Virus record (IMG/VR): IMGVR_UViG_3300037069_002364
Span: 5,500 to 69,499 of that record
Strand: one strand, 5' to 3'
DNA: 64,000 nt
Origin: a virus
The notes under the pieces: model-generated
The model's database searches: none
Told to the model about the DNA's origin: nothing
What the model saw: only the letters and a program-made list of their open reading frames with translations
Translations under genes and position numbers: made by a program
In this document: in pieces, positions 43,543-54,077 of the stretch
How the letters are laid out: every line of letters begins with the position of its first letter
How positions within the stretch are numbered: the first letter of the stretch is position 1

Positions 43543-46500
43543 ATGTCGGCAACGAACAGCGGCGGCGAGATGCAAGTTGGCCTCTCGCTCAACGACCAGA
43601 TGAGCGCGGGGCTGCGCGCCGCAGCGGATAACCTGACCGTCTTTAGCGGTTCCGTCGAGCGGTCGCTGGCGATGCTTGGCCGGATGGGGCCAGCGGCAGC
43701 GGGGATTGCGTCGCTCGGACTGGCGATGAAGGCGAGTGTCGGCGCGGCAGCGGAGTTGCAGCAGCAGACGGCGAACCTCAATGCCGTCCTCGCGGCGACG
43801 CCACAGCAGATGGCGAAGATCACGCAAGCCTCGATGGAGATGTCCCGGCAGACGCAGTTCACGACGGCGCAGATCATCCAGGCGCAAGCGCAACTGGCGA
43901 AAGCGGGTAACAGCCCCGCCGATGTGGGCGGACAGGCCCGCAACGTCCTCGACCTCGCTTCCGCCACCTTTAGCGCCCCGACCGACGCGGCGAACGCCTA
44001 TATCGCCGCGATGAAGGATTTCCGCCTGACGACGGCGGACTCCAAGGATACCGTCAATACCCTCGCGCAGGCGGTGGATTCCTCCACAGGCACCCTCGCC
44101 AACTTCCAGACCGCCTTCAAGCAGATCGGCCCGACCGCGCAAGCCAGCAATCTCTCGCTCAAGGATACGACGGTCGCGATTGCCGACTTGATGCAGGCGG
44201 GGATGAAGGGGGACGCGGGCACCGCGTTCAAGACCTTCCTCACCCGCATCCAGCACGAGACGCCCGCCGCGAAGAAAGCGATGGATGACCTCGGCCTCTC
44301 CTTCTACGACCAGCAGGGGAAGATGCTTCCCCTTGTTGACATCGCCAATCAGTTGCGCTCGGCGACGATTGGCCTCTCGGACGAGCAGAAGAACAGTGAC
44401 CTGACGGCGATCTTCGGCACGCGCGGCGTGCGTGTTGCCGATGTCTTCGCCAACGAGGGCGCGCAGGGGATGGCCGATGTCGCGCAGCACATGGCGGACA
44501 TTGGTGACGCGAGTGACATCGCCAGTAAGAAACTGGACACCCTGCAAGGGCAGGGGCACATCCTTGCCTCGTCGCTGAACATCCTCGCGGTACAGGGCGG
44601 CAATACCCTCCTGCCGATGCTCAAGGGCGTGACGGAGGATGCGAACGCGGCGGCGAAAGCCTTCTCGCTCCTCAACGGCTCGGTCGGCTTCCTGCCCCAA
44701 CTGATCGCCGGTATCGGCGCGCTCGCGGGCGAGCAGAAGATCAATAGCGCCCTCATGCAGCGATCCACGGATCGGAAGGCGTCGCAGACACTCGCCGACA
44801 CTGCCCCAACACAGCATTACTACGACCAGCAGGCGGCGGCCTATCAGCGCGACCTCGCCTCGTACGAGAACTATCAGAAACAGAAAGAGCAGTTTCTTGC
44901 CGAGGAAGATGTGCGCTACCAGCAGCACGTCCTCAAGGTCGAGGAGATGGAGCAGGCACATCAGGCACGTATGGCGCAGATTCAGGCCGAGGGCGCGGCG
45001 AAACTGGACGCCACAATCAAAAATCCATCCGCGCCATTTGGGAATCGGCAAGCGGTCAGGGCGGAAACAGAGGCGCAACTTGCCGCGCAGCAGGCGGCCT
45101 TCGAGAAGCAAAGTGCCTATGTGATGGGGAAGGGGCCGACTCCGGTCAGCAAGCCGCTACCGATTGCGCTGCCCGTGGAGACCGACCTCGTACAGGCAGG
45201 CGACCTCAAGACGGTGGGGTTGATCGCGGGACTCAAAACGAAGGTCGGCGGCGCAATCGCAGCGGTGGGCGCGGGGCTTGGCGAGATTGCCATGCCAGTG
45301 ATTATCGCCCTCACCGTCAAGCAGATGATCATCGACCCGCTCTTTGGCGGCGTGCAGGACGCGATTGCCAAGAAGATGCTCGGCCAGTCGAACGCGGGCA
45401 AGGACAGCGCGACCTTCACGGCAGCACTCGGCTCCCTCTATGACCCCGCCGCGATCCATGCCGCCTCCGCCGATTTCGTCCAGCAGATGCAGGACGACAT
45501 CGACCAGATCGCCAACGCGCAGGCATCCGAGCATTCGGGCGTGAGCGGTTGGCTCAAGGATCGTCTCGGACTCAATGCGGGCCTCGACCGTGAGTACGCC
45601 GCGCAGATGCAGCAAGCGAAGAACGCGCAGTCGCAATACAACTCCGCGAACACCGCCACCGACCCGCAGGTGATCGACGCGGGAGCGATCACGAACCTGA
45701 CTGAGCAGTTCGGCACGCTCCAACAGACGATCACCCTCGGGCGCACGACGACCGATGAGGCGAAGAACTCACTCGCCGCCTATGGCGCGCAACTCGTCTC
45801 ACAGGGCGCGAATGCCTCGGTGGTCAGCGATAACGTTGCTCTCCTGACCAAGAACCTCGATGACCAGGCGACCGCCGCGAAAGTCGCCGCCGACGCACAG
45901 GCCGAGGCAGTCGCGCAGCAGTACGACGATATGGCGAAATTGCAGGCGATGGGTGTCTCGAACGAGGACATCTCGCGCGGCGTCTTTGGCGTCACGGGTG
46001 GGGGCGATGCCGCCTCGAAGCAGCAGCAGAAGGCGGCACAACAGGACGCGAAGGATATTACGAAGGCGTGGAATGACGCCAACAGTGCGGTTAGCAAGGT
46101 GGACATCACCAAGGGGATCGCCAACCTGATCGGCCTCGCCGACCCCCTGCACCGTGCCGTTGCCGATTTGGAGAAGTTCGGTATCAGCAATGCGGCGCTC
46201 AGTAGCCTCGCCGCGACCGCCGATGCCTTCAAGAATATTCAGGACGCGGAAGAGCAGGCACAGGCGTCGTTCAACGGCTACATGCTGACACTCAACCAGA
46301 CGGATGCCGGGATCAAGAAACTCGATGACGTGAAGAAGGCATTTCTCTCCGCCCTCGATGCCGCCGAGCAGCGTCAGGCCCGGGGCACCGCGAATGCCGA
46401 CGATCTGACGATGATCGCCAATGCACCGAACGTCATCAATCAACTCAACAACGGCGTCAACACCTTGCAGCAGCACCAGTCGAAGGACTGGATCGGCATC

Positions 46501-49500
46501 GGTGATAACGTCGGCCAACTCGTGCAGAGCGTCACCGATGCCGACACGAAAATCCGCCAGACGATTGACAGCGAGGGGGGCGGCAAGCAAGTCGCGCTCA
46601 AACTCATCGCCGACACGAAGGACGCGACCGACGCCATCCAAACGGCGCTCGGCCTGATTCCCGACAAGAAGACGATGACCGTCGAGGTCGTCTACACCTA
46701 CCCGAACGGTATGCCCGCTGGCCCCTACCCTGTCATCGGTGGCGGGGCGGCGAGCGCGGCCCTCTCCGTGGGCGGGAGTATTCCCGGTAACGGCAGTGGC
46801 CTCACCGATTACGGTAATCAGAATGTCATGCCGGGAGGCACGGCGACGCCGCGTGGGAACGCCAGCGCGCTCCTGCCCTACAAGGACATGATCGAGAAGG
46901 CGGCGGCAGCCTACGGCGTTCCCGATTGGCTGATCGGCGCGATCATCATGCATGAAAGCGGCGGTCAGGTCGGCGCGCAGCAGCAGGGTGGTCTGGGCGT
47001 CGGTCTGATGCAAGTCGATCTCGGCCAGCACCCCGATATGTATTCCCACAAGGCGGAACTCACGGGCACATCGCCCGCCGATGCCGCCTTCCAGATCAAT
47101 ACGGGCACGAAGATTCTCGCCGACATGCTGGCGACGCGCGGACCCGTTGCGGGCATCCAGGGATACGCTGGCCCCGCGTATCAGTCCGTCGCGGGCGACC
47201 TCGGTGTACCTGCGGGACTGAGCCTACCGACCGAACTTGAGCAATTCTACAAGAACCCTGTGACCAATGCCCTCGCCTACGACACCGCACCCGGTGGCCC
47301 GAACGGGAACGGCACACTCTTCCCCACCGGCTCCGGTGGCCCACTCGCCAATGGTGGGGCAGATGTCTCCGCCGCGACCGTGACCAGTGTCCGCCAACAG
47401 ATCGTGGACAAGGCGCTCCAGAGCGTCAATACCGACCATCTCGCGGGACTGTGCGAACAGTTCGTTGAGGAAACCGTCCAGTCCATCACCGGTCGGCGCG
47501 GCGCGACCGGCACGAATGAGGCGAACGCCACCGCTGGCTTCAATGACGCCGCCAAAGCGGGCCTCGTCACGAAAGACCCGCAAAAGGGCGATCTCGTCTA
47601 CTACCCCGACGCCTCCGGCAACGGGCACGTCGCGATCTATGCCGGGAACGGCATGCAGGTTTCGACTTCCGACGTGGGCGGCAATCTCGTTCACATCGAG
47701 CCAGTCGGCGCGAAAGCGCAGTACGTCCGCGTGCCGGGGCTGCCCGACGACACGAGTGGGGGTCTCGGCGCTGGCACGGGCGGCGCTTCCGCCACCACGG
47801 GTGCGGCGGGTGTCGGCGCGGTCAACACGGCACTCGACAATACGAAGAAGATCATCGTTGATGTCTCGGCGCAAGCGGCGAAGGTGCAGCAGCAGTTCGC
47901 GAACATGAACCCGCAGGACATCGCCGAGGTCAACAAGCAGTTCCAGACGACGCTCCCACTGCTGGAGAAGATCAGCGAAACGGGCTGGAACAAGGGCGCG
48001 GGTCTCCTCACGCCGCAGGACAAGATCGACGCCGACAACGCCGCGCTCAAGCAGGGACTCGATCTCGAAGTCTTGCAGGCACAGGCACTCGACGCGATCC
48101 GCACGAAGAGCGGCGACCTTCCCGCCATCTATGCCAAGATCGCGCAGGCCGGGGGGCCAATCGGCGCGAACCTCGTCCAGCAGTTGACCCTCTACGGCCA
48201 GCAGCAGGACGCGCTCAATCAGGTACTTGCCCTGACCGCGCAGAAGAAACAGGCCGAGGACGGGCAGACGCTCGTGACGGAAGCGCGCCGGGTAGCAGAT
48301 CAGGCCGATCAGCGCGCCCAGACGCAACTCCAATGGACGAACCAGCAAGCGGACGAGGATCGACAGAAGCAGGAAACGGCCTATCAGCGGACCACCGCAG
48401 ACACCCGGCAGGCGATCACGCGCGGCCAGCAAGACGACGCCTACCAACGGCAACTGTCGGCCACCGCGCGCACGAACACGCACACGCAGGAGATGCGGGG
48501 CATCCAGGATCGCATCCAAGCGGAGAACGATGCCTACACGGTGACGAGTCGCCAGCAGCAGGACAAGACGCGCTACCTGCAATTCTACGGCTCGGAGCAG
48601 AAGCGCATCCTCGCTGACAGCCTCTTTGATCAGCAGGAAGCGTTCACGAAGAACCGCAACAGCGAGAATGCCCAGTCTCAACTCCTCACCGCCGACGCGA
48701 AGGGCGCGACGACCAACGCGGGCGCGGAATCGTTCGCCAGTCAGAACGCGATCCTCAAGGATAAGATGGCGACCGAGGACGACGCCCTCAAAAAGGCCGA
48801 GGACAATAACAAGCACCTGCAAATGCTCGAAGACCGCAAGCACGCGCAGGAGCAGTACGATCTCGAAACGATCACCCTCCAGCAGCAGCGTGCCCACGAG
48901 GACGCCTTGCAGCGGCTCGCGAAGGAATCGACGGCGAGTGATCGCGCCTTTCAGGATGAGTCGGCACGCCTCTCCGCCGAGGATCAAATTCGTCAACACG
49001 GGTACATGCTCCAGCAGCGGCAATGGGCGGACGAGGACAAGCAACACCAGCGCAGTTATGATGACCAAACCCTCCAGATTCAGGACACACGCAAGCAGGC
49101 GGACATCAGTCACCAGAAAGACCTCTGGAACATTCAGGACATCCGTGACGCCGAGGACGCCGCCTACAAAGCGAAACTGGCCCAGTTTGACCGGGACATT
49201 GTGACCCAGAACGCCATTGCCAAGGCGCGTGGCGATGAACTGACGGCAGCGCAAGCGGTCGAGCAGCAATGGAGCAATATCTACGCGATGGCGGGCGGCA
49301 CGGCCAGCCTGATCGCGAACGCCTTTGGGCAGAGCGCACAGCAATCCAACGGGAATCAGACGTATATCCGCACCTTGGGTGGCGTCTCCTCCCATGCCGG
49401 GGGTGGCGCGATCACGACCCCCTACGCGCTCGTCGGTGACGGGCCGAACGGGGAAATCCTCCCCACGACGGAACTGATCACTGCCCCCGGCTACAACGTC

Positions 49501-49710
49501 ACCAGTGGCCGTTCACTGGCGGCAATGCTCCGGGCGCGTCCGACCGCCACACCGCAGCCCACGGGCGGGACGACGATTGCCATCACGGTCATTCAACAGC
49601 AGGGCGAAGACGGCGAAGCCCTCGCCCAACGGGTCGCGGCGATCCTGCGACCGCAGTTCGGGGCACACGACGTTTCGGTGCGGCACGCGGCAGTCGGAGG
49701 AGCGCGATGA
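43543..49710 (+). CDS. Tape measure protein with lytic transglycosylase and NlpC/P60-like domains
   Basis: TP901-type N-domain; IEKAAAAYGVPDWLIGAIIMHESGG...GLMQV (SLT); LCEQFVE...GDLVYY...GHVAIYAG (NlpC/P60-CHAP). Confidence 0.95.
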   Translation: MSATNSGGEMQVGLSLNDQMSAGLRAAADNLTVFSGSVERSLAMLGRMGPAAAGIASLGLAMKASVGAAAELQQQTANLNAVLAATPQQMAKITQASMEMSRQTQFTTAQIIQAQAQLAKAGNSPADVGGQARNVLDLASATFSAPTDAANAYIAAMKDFRLTTADSKDTVNTLAQAVDSSTGTLANFQTAFKQIGPTAQASNLSLKDTTVAIADLMQAGMKGDAGTAFKTFLTRIQHETPAAKKAMDDLGLSFYDQQGKMLPLVDIANQLRSATIGLSDEQKNSDLTAIFGTRGVRVADVFANEGAQGMADVAQHMADIGDASDIASKKLDTLQGQGHILASSLNILAVQGGNTLLPMLKGVTEDANAAAKAFSLLNGSVGFLPQLIAGIGALAGEQKINSALMQRSTDRKASQTLADTAPTQHYYDQQAAAYQRDLASYENYQKQKEQFLAEEDVRYQQHVLKVEEMEQAHQARMAQIQAEGAAKLDATIKNPSAPFGNRQAVRAETEAQLAAQQAAFEKQSAYVMGKGPTPVSKPLPIALPVETDLVQAGDLKTVGLIAGLKTKVGGAIAAVGAGLGEIAMPVIIALTVKQMIIDPLFGGVQDAIAKKMLGQSNAGKDSATFTAALGSLYDPAAIHAASADFVQQMQDDIDQIANAQASEHSGVSGWLKDRLGLNAGLDREYAAQMQQAKNAQSQYNSANTATDPQVIDAGAITNLTEQFGTLQQTITLGRTTTDEAKNSLAAYGAQLVSQGANASVVSDNVALLTKNLDDQATAAKVAADAQAEAVAQQYDDMAKLQAMGVSNEDISRGVFGVTGGGDAASKQQQKAAQQDAKDITKAWNDANSAVSKVDITKGIANLIGLADPLHRAVADLEKFGISNAALSSLAATADAFKNIQDAEEQAQASFNGYMLTLNQTDAGIKKLDDVKKAFLSALDAAEQRQARGTANADDLTMIANAPNVINQLNNGVNTLQQHQSKDWIGIGDNVGQLVQSVTDADTKIRQTIDSEGGGKQVALKLIADTKDATDAIQTALGLIPDKKTMTVEVVYTYPNGMPAGPYPVIGGGAASAALSVGGSIPGNGSGLTDYGNQNVMPGGTATPRGNASALLPYKDMIEKAAAAYGVPDWLIGAIIMHESGGQVGAQQQGGLGVGLMQVDLGQHPDMYSHKAELTGTSPADAAFQINTGTKILADMLATRGPVAGIQGYAGPAYQSVAGDLGVPAGLSLPTELEQFYKNPVTNALAYDTAPGGPNGNGTLFPTGSGGPLANGGADVSAATVTSVRQQIVDKALQSVNTDHLAGLCEQFVEETVQSITGRRGATGTNEANATAGFNDAAKAGLVTKDPQKGDLVYYPDASGNGHVAIYAGNGMQVSTSDVGGNLVHIEPVGAKAQYVRVPGLPDDTSGGLGAGTGGASATTGAAGVGAVNTALDNTKKIIVDVSAQAAKVQQQFANMNPQDIAEVNKQFQTTLPLLEKISETGWNKGAGLLTPQDKIDADNAALKQGLDLEVLQAQALDAIRTKSGDLPAIYAKIAQAGGPIGANLVQQLTLYGQQQDALNQVLALTAQKKQAEDGQTLVTEARRVADQADQRAQTQLQWTNQQADEDRQKQETAYQRTTADTRQAITRGQQDDAYQRQLSATARTNTHTQEMRGIQDRIQAENDAYTVTSRQQQDKTRYLQFYGSEQKRILADSLFDQQEAFTKNRNSENAQSQLLTADAKGATTNAGAESFASQNAILKDKMATEDDALKKAEDNNKHLQMLEDRKHAQEQYDLETITLQQQRAHEDALQRLAKESTASDRAFQDESARLSAEDQIRQHGYMLQQRQWADEDKQHQRSYDDQTLQIQDTRKQADISHQKDLWNIQDIRDAEDAAYKAKLAQFDRDIVTQNAIAKARGDELTAAQAVEQQWSNIYAMAGGTASLIANAFGQSAQQSNGNQTYIRTLGGVSSHAGGGAITTPYALVGDGPNGEILPTTELITAPGYNVTSGRSLAAMLRARPTATPQPTGGTTIAITVIQQQGEDGEALAQRVAAILRPQFGAHDVSVRHAAVGGAR

Positions 49711-50609
49711 AACTGGCCCACGCGATCCATCCGATTACCCGTGCCGTCTACGACTTTCCCGCTGTGCAGGACACGCTCTCGGTGCCCAATACCCGCAAGA
49801 ACCCCGTCTTTATCGTACCGGGGGGCGGCGGCCCGATCAATCCGAAAGGGTCGGCCCCCTTCGACCGCGACGTGAATCTGATCTCCTATCACTTTCGTAT
49901 CACGCCGAAGAAGTCGGGACAGAACTTTACACAGGCACGGAGGGCGTTCTTGCAGGCGCTCGACCACGGCCTGCCCCAGATGCTTGAGTTCGTGGACGAT
50001 GACGGGACGACGTGGCTGATGCGCGCGGTGCTCACCCGCGATCCGCTCCAGTACGATGTCAACTCCCCGTACTACGCCGACTTTCAGGTGGAGTGGGTCG
50101 CGCTCTCTGACTTCCTCTCCTCCAATGCGGCCCCCGGTGCCATCGTGTACGGCCACACGACCAAATGGGGCACGGGCGCGAAATGGGGGGCGAGTTTTCC
50201 TTCCACCCCACTCACCACCGCCTCCGTGACGATCCCGCTCGACAACAGCGCCACGAACGCGACCGCCGCCACCACCGATGCCGTCTTCTCGTTGCGCGGC
50301 CAGTGGGGTGCGTCGTCGCCGAGCGGGGCGGGTGCGATCACCATCTCGTGCCTGGAGAGTAACACCAGTTTCTCAATCCCGATCAACCTGCTCGCGGGCG
50401 ACACGCTCCTCGTTGATCTCGCCAGTCGGCGCGTCCTCAAGAACGGTCAGCCGATCTTTGGCCTCCTCACCCGCCCCGCATTGCAGCGTACCTACCTCGA
50501 CCTGCTCCCGAACACGGTCAACCACGTCTCGTTCAGTTTCGTGGGTGCGCCACTCAGCCCGCTGAATGGCAGCGTGCAGATCAAATGGAAGCCGAAAAAG
50601 GGATTCTAA
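49707..50609 (+). CDS. Distal tail (Dit)-like protein
   Basis: Directly after TMP; LLAGDTLLVDLASRRVLKNG...LDLLPNTVNHV C-terminal Dit pattern. Confidence 0.75.
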   Translation: MKLAHAIHPITRAVYDFPAVQDTLSVPNTRKNPVFIVPGGGGPINPKGSAPFDRDVNLISYHFRITPKKSGQNFTQARRAFLQALDHGLPQMLEFVDDDGTTWLMRAVLTRDPLQYDVNSPYYADFQVEWVALSDFLSSNAAPGAIVYGHTTKWGTGAKWGASFPSTPLTTASVTIPLDNSATNATAATTDAVFSLRGQWGASSPSGAGAITISCLESNTSFSIPINLLAGDTLLVDLASRRVLKNGQPIFGLLTRPALQRTYLDLLPNTVNHVSFSFVGAPLSPLNGSVQIKWKPKKGF

Positions 50610-50624
50610 AGGAGGGCTATTCCT

Positions 50625-53552
50625 TTGCCCGTCACACCGCTGGTCATTCCACAGGACAACGTGGACGACATCACCGCTGCGTCCGTCTTCAACGAAATGC
50701 AGAAGCCCGTCAACACGCTCAACGATCACATGGTTGGTGCCACCACCAACGGTGCGACGCGCCATACCGATGAAATGATTGACGCGACGGCGCTGCCGGA
50801 GACGACGACGCCGACGCAATCACCGACCACGCAGCACGATTTCAACGACGGCACCTACCATGCGCTCTCCTCCTTCCTCGGCGCGTTCTCCGGCACGGGA
50901 TTCGTGGCGAAGGCCGCCGCTGCCGCCGCCGCGATGACCTACAAAGCGATGCTCACCCTCCTGCAATCGCACAGCCACGCGGACGCCGCCACGGGCGGGC
51001 AACTGGCGCAGGCGAACACGCATCAGAGCGCGGACACGGACACGGGACCGGCCTCGCTCCACCACACGCTCGGCGTGGGCGCGAATCAGGCAGCGGCGGG
51101 TAATCACCTGCACGCCGGGGTCTATGCGCCCGTTGGCGGCGCGGGCACAAGCGGCACTTGGCCGATCAGTGTCAGCGGCAACGCGGCGACCGCGACAACG
51201 GCGAATACCGCGACAACGGCGGGCAATGTCACCGGCACCGTCGCCGTCGCCAATGGCGGCACGGGCGCGACGACGGCGGCAGCGGCGCAGACCGCACTCG
51301 GCGTGCCGAGTACGACGGGGACAGGCGCGAGCGGCACCTGGCCGATCAGCGTCACGGGTAATGCGGCGACGGCGACGAGCGCGACGAGCGCGACGAGCGC
51401 AGCGGCAGCGACCGACCTCGCAGCGGGCAGCATTCTCAGTGTGGCGAAGGGCGGCACGGGCGCGTCCACGCTCCCGGCAAGCGGCGTCGTGATCGGGAAT
51501 GGCACGAGCGCGGTCACGACGGTCGCGCCGGGCGTCTTGGGCAATGTCCTGATCTCCAACGGCACGGCATGGACGGCGGGCGTCGTCGCGGTGCCGGACT
51601 TCTCACTGACGACAAAGAAGCTCTCCGATGGCGCGGTGATCCCCTACGTGCCCGGCACGCTGCACGTCTACGTCAATGCGATGAAGAAGTTCGACGGCGC
51701 GGGCAACCCCGTCCAGTGGAGCGGCGGCGACCTCGATCTTTCCTCATACGTCCCTGGCACCGGCACAAGCGTCTGGGTGATGATCTACCTCAACGCGACG
51801 GCAGCGGTCTACGCGGCAGCAGGGCAGGCATCGGCCACGCCACAGAAGCCGCAGGCCATCGGCGGGCAGACACCACTCTCCTATGTGCTGATGTACGCGG
51901 GGATGACGCAGATCAACAGTGCCGACATTTACGAGTGGCGCACCGATTTCGCTGCCTTCGCGGTCGGCGGCGGGACGGGCAGCGGTTACTCAGCGGTCGG
52001 CCACCTGCACGGACAGGGCGGCGAGTCGTTTGTCGCTGTTTCCGCCACGGACGAGGGGCGCGTCACGACGCCGAACGTACCGGGCATGACGGTCTATGTC
52101 CAGCCGATGCGCTACAGTGATACGAGCGCGGTCGTGCAGCAGTTCCCCGGTGGGCCGTCCGCGACGATTGCCCGACCGGTCAGTAACCCCTACCTCGTCG
52201 CGGTCGGCCTGTCGCAAGCGGGGAGTGTGACGCTCAGTTACGGGCCGGAGAACGCCAGCCCGGTGCGTGGCCCCTTCCTCAATGCGACGGACGTCCCCCT
52301 CGCCTATGTGCTGGTACGCCCCGCCTCGACGCGCACGATCCTCAACGACGACAATACGAACGCGCTGATTATCGACGCGCGCCGCCCCTACACCTTTTCC
52401 TCGCCCGCCGCCTCCGGCGTCTCCGGCGTCTCGACAGGCGGCACGGGGCAATCGTCCTTCGCCACGGCGGGCATTCTCGTCTCTCCCGGTGGCACCTCCC
52501 CGCTCGCGACCATCCCCGGCGCGGCGAGTGCAACGGTGGGCATGGGCGTCACGCCGACCGTTGCACCCGCTGGACTCGATGCCGACGGCTTCCAGATCGG
52601 CCCGGTGACGGTGGCGACGACCGGGACGAATATCACGAACTTCCGCTCAATGCACCTGCGCCCCCCGACGCTGACCGGCACCGGCACGGTGGCGAACATG
52701 TACGGCGTCTACACCGAGGGGCCGACGACGGCGGGGACGACAACGACGATTGCCGACTACATCAAAACGGGCACGACGGGCAGTATCGGCGTCGTCGTGG
52801 ATACCGTCGCCGCACCGACGGGCAACCTCCAGGAATGGCGCGCAAACGGCACGCCGGTGGCGACGCTTTCGCCCCTCGGCACCTTCGCGCCGACCGGGAT
52901 GCGTGGTGTGACATCATTCCCGGCCTCGCCCACCACCAGCCTGAGCGTCTATCGTGAGGATTTGGGCGCATGGTTCCGCTACGACGGCACGGCATGGCGG
53001 CAGGTGGGCGATGCGTATTTCACGACCGCTGCCCGCCCTGCTGCCCCGCCGACCGACTATCGCTACCGCGACCTGACCGACCGCTTCACCTATCGGTGGA
53101 CGGGCAGCGCCTATATCAAGCAGCAGACGGCGCTCAATCTGCTCAACTATCAAGCCGTCGCCGACATCTTCAATAGTTCAGCGGCGGTGGTGTCAACAAT
53201 GACCGACGTGATCACCAACCAGTCCTTCACGGTGCAGGACGCGAACTCACGCATCCTTGTCGCGACCTCTGGCGCGGCGCAGTATCTGGCAGGCGCAGGG
53301 CAGGCGTCACTGGGAGCGCGTGTCCTGATTGACAGTACAACGGCCTATCAGATGCCCGTCGGTGGCGCAAACGCGGGTCAGTTCACCAATTGGCTCGGCG
53401 CGGCGACGTTCGATGTCGGGCCGCTCTCCGCAGGCTCGCATACCGTCAAAGTCCAATACTACGCGGGCGGGGCAGCGACGCTTTACCTACGGCCCTCCAC
53501 GCAACCGAACTTTGAGGCACTACGTATTCAAGTGACCGAGTTCCTGCCATAA
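50625..53552 (+). CDS. Tail fibre / receptor-binding protein
   Basis: 975 aa, Gly/Thr/Ala-rich; duplicated GTWPISV(S/T)GNAATA; VANGGTGA and VAKGGTGA fibre repeats. Confidence 0.75.
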   Translation: MPVTPLVIPQDNVDDITAASVFNEMQKPVNTLNDHMVGATTNGATRHTDEMIDATALPETTTPTQSPTTQHDFNDGTYHALSSFLGAFSGTGFVAKAAAAAAAMTYKAMLTLLQSHSHADAATGGQLAQANTHQSADTDTGPASLHHTLGVGANQAAAGNHLHAGVYAPVGGAGTSGTWPISVSGNAATATTANTATTAGNVTGTVAVANGGTGATTAAAAQTALGVPSTTGTGASGTWPISVTGNAATATSATSATSAAAATDLAAGSILSVAKGGTGASTLPASGVVIGNGTSAVTTVAPGVLGNVLISNGTAWTAGVVAVPDFSLTTKKLSDGAVIPYVPGTLHVYVNAMKKFDGAGNPVQWSGGDLDLSSYVPGTGTSVWVMIYLNATAAVYAAAGQASATPQKPQAIGGQTPLSYVLMYAGMTQINSADIYEWRTDFAAFAVGGGTGSGYSAVGHLHGQGGESFVAVSATDEGRVTTPNVPGMTVYVQPMRYSDTSAVVQQFPGGPSATIARPVSNPYLVAVGLSQAGSVTLSYGPENASPVRGPFLNATDVPLAYVLVRPASTRTILNDDNTNALIIDARRPYTFSSPAASGVSGVSTGGTGQSSFATAGILVSPGGTSPLATIPGAASATVGMGVTPTVAPAGLDADGFQIGPVTVATTGTNITNFRSMHLRPPTLTGTGTVANMYGVYTEGPTTAGTTTTIADYIKTGTTGSIGVVVDTVAAPTGNLQEWRANGTPVATLSPLGTFAPTGMRGVTSFPASPTTSLSVYREDLGAWFRYDGTAWRQVGDAYFTTAARPAAPPTDYRYRDLTDRFTYRWTGSAYIKQQTALNLLNYQAVADIFNSSAAVVSTMTDVITNQSFTVQDANSRILVATSGAAQYLAGAGQASLGARVLIDSTTAYQMPVGGANAGQFTNWLGAATFDVGPLSAGSHTVKVQYYAGGAATLYLRPSTQPNFEALRIQVTEFLP

Positions 53553-53562
53553 GGGGTGTTAC

Positions 53563-53871
53563 ATGCAGCTGTTGATTGACAAAGCAACTCGGCATGTGCT
53601 GGCGTCTGGCGCATTTCCGACGCCGCCCGCCGATCCGAATGTGCTCTGCGTGGACATCACCGACAAAGAGGCGGCGAAACTGGCGCAGTCGGGGAGCAAG
53701 ACGCTCGGCGCGGGGGGCGGCGTGACGGTGAGCGTGCCGTCCGCGCCCACGCCCGACCCGCAGCAACAGAAGCGGGACACGGCAATCGTCGCTCTCAAGG
53801 GAGCGGCAAAGGGCAAGGACGCGATAGCGACACTTGCACAGGCGATGCTCGATATGCAGGGCATCAGTTAG
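53563..53871 (+). CDS. Small protein after fibre (possible fibre chaperone)
   Basis: Synteny; RBS. Confidence 0.5.
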   Translation: MQLLIDKATRHVLASGAFPTPPADPNVLCVDITDKEAAKLAQSGSKTLGAGGGVTVSVPSAPTPDPQQQKRDTAIVALKGAAKGKDAIATLAQAMLDMQGIS

Positions 53872-53881
53872 GGGGCAAGCA

Positions 53882-54067
53882 ATGCGCGGCACCGTCACGA
53901 ATCTGAGGATGATTGATAACGGATACATCGAGGTGACGATCACCGCCGACCTCCCGCCGACCCCGCCGCCGAACGGGCAGCGCATGACGGCCACCGTGCA
54001 GGTGTCGCAGGGGGCGGAGCCGCGACTGGGCGCATTGGTGGAAGTGACGCTCAGCGTCGTGGGATGA
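53882..54067 (+). CDS. Hypothetical protein
   Basis: MRGTVTNLRMIDNGYIEVTIT...; RBS. Confidence 0.5.
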   Translation: MRGTVTNLRMIDNGYIEVTITADLPPTPPPNGQRMTATVQVSQGAEPRLGALVEVTLSVVG

Positions 54068-54077
54068 GGGGTGGGTG

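Noticed and set aside
31629-49395. Long minus-strand ORFs over structural genes (e.g. 31629-33293, 35378-37408, 37843-39492, 43342-45111, 47224-49395)
   Set aside because: Antisense shadows expected from high-GC codon bias; no motifs or RBS.
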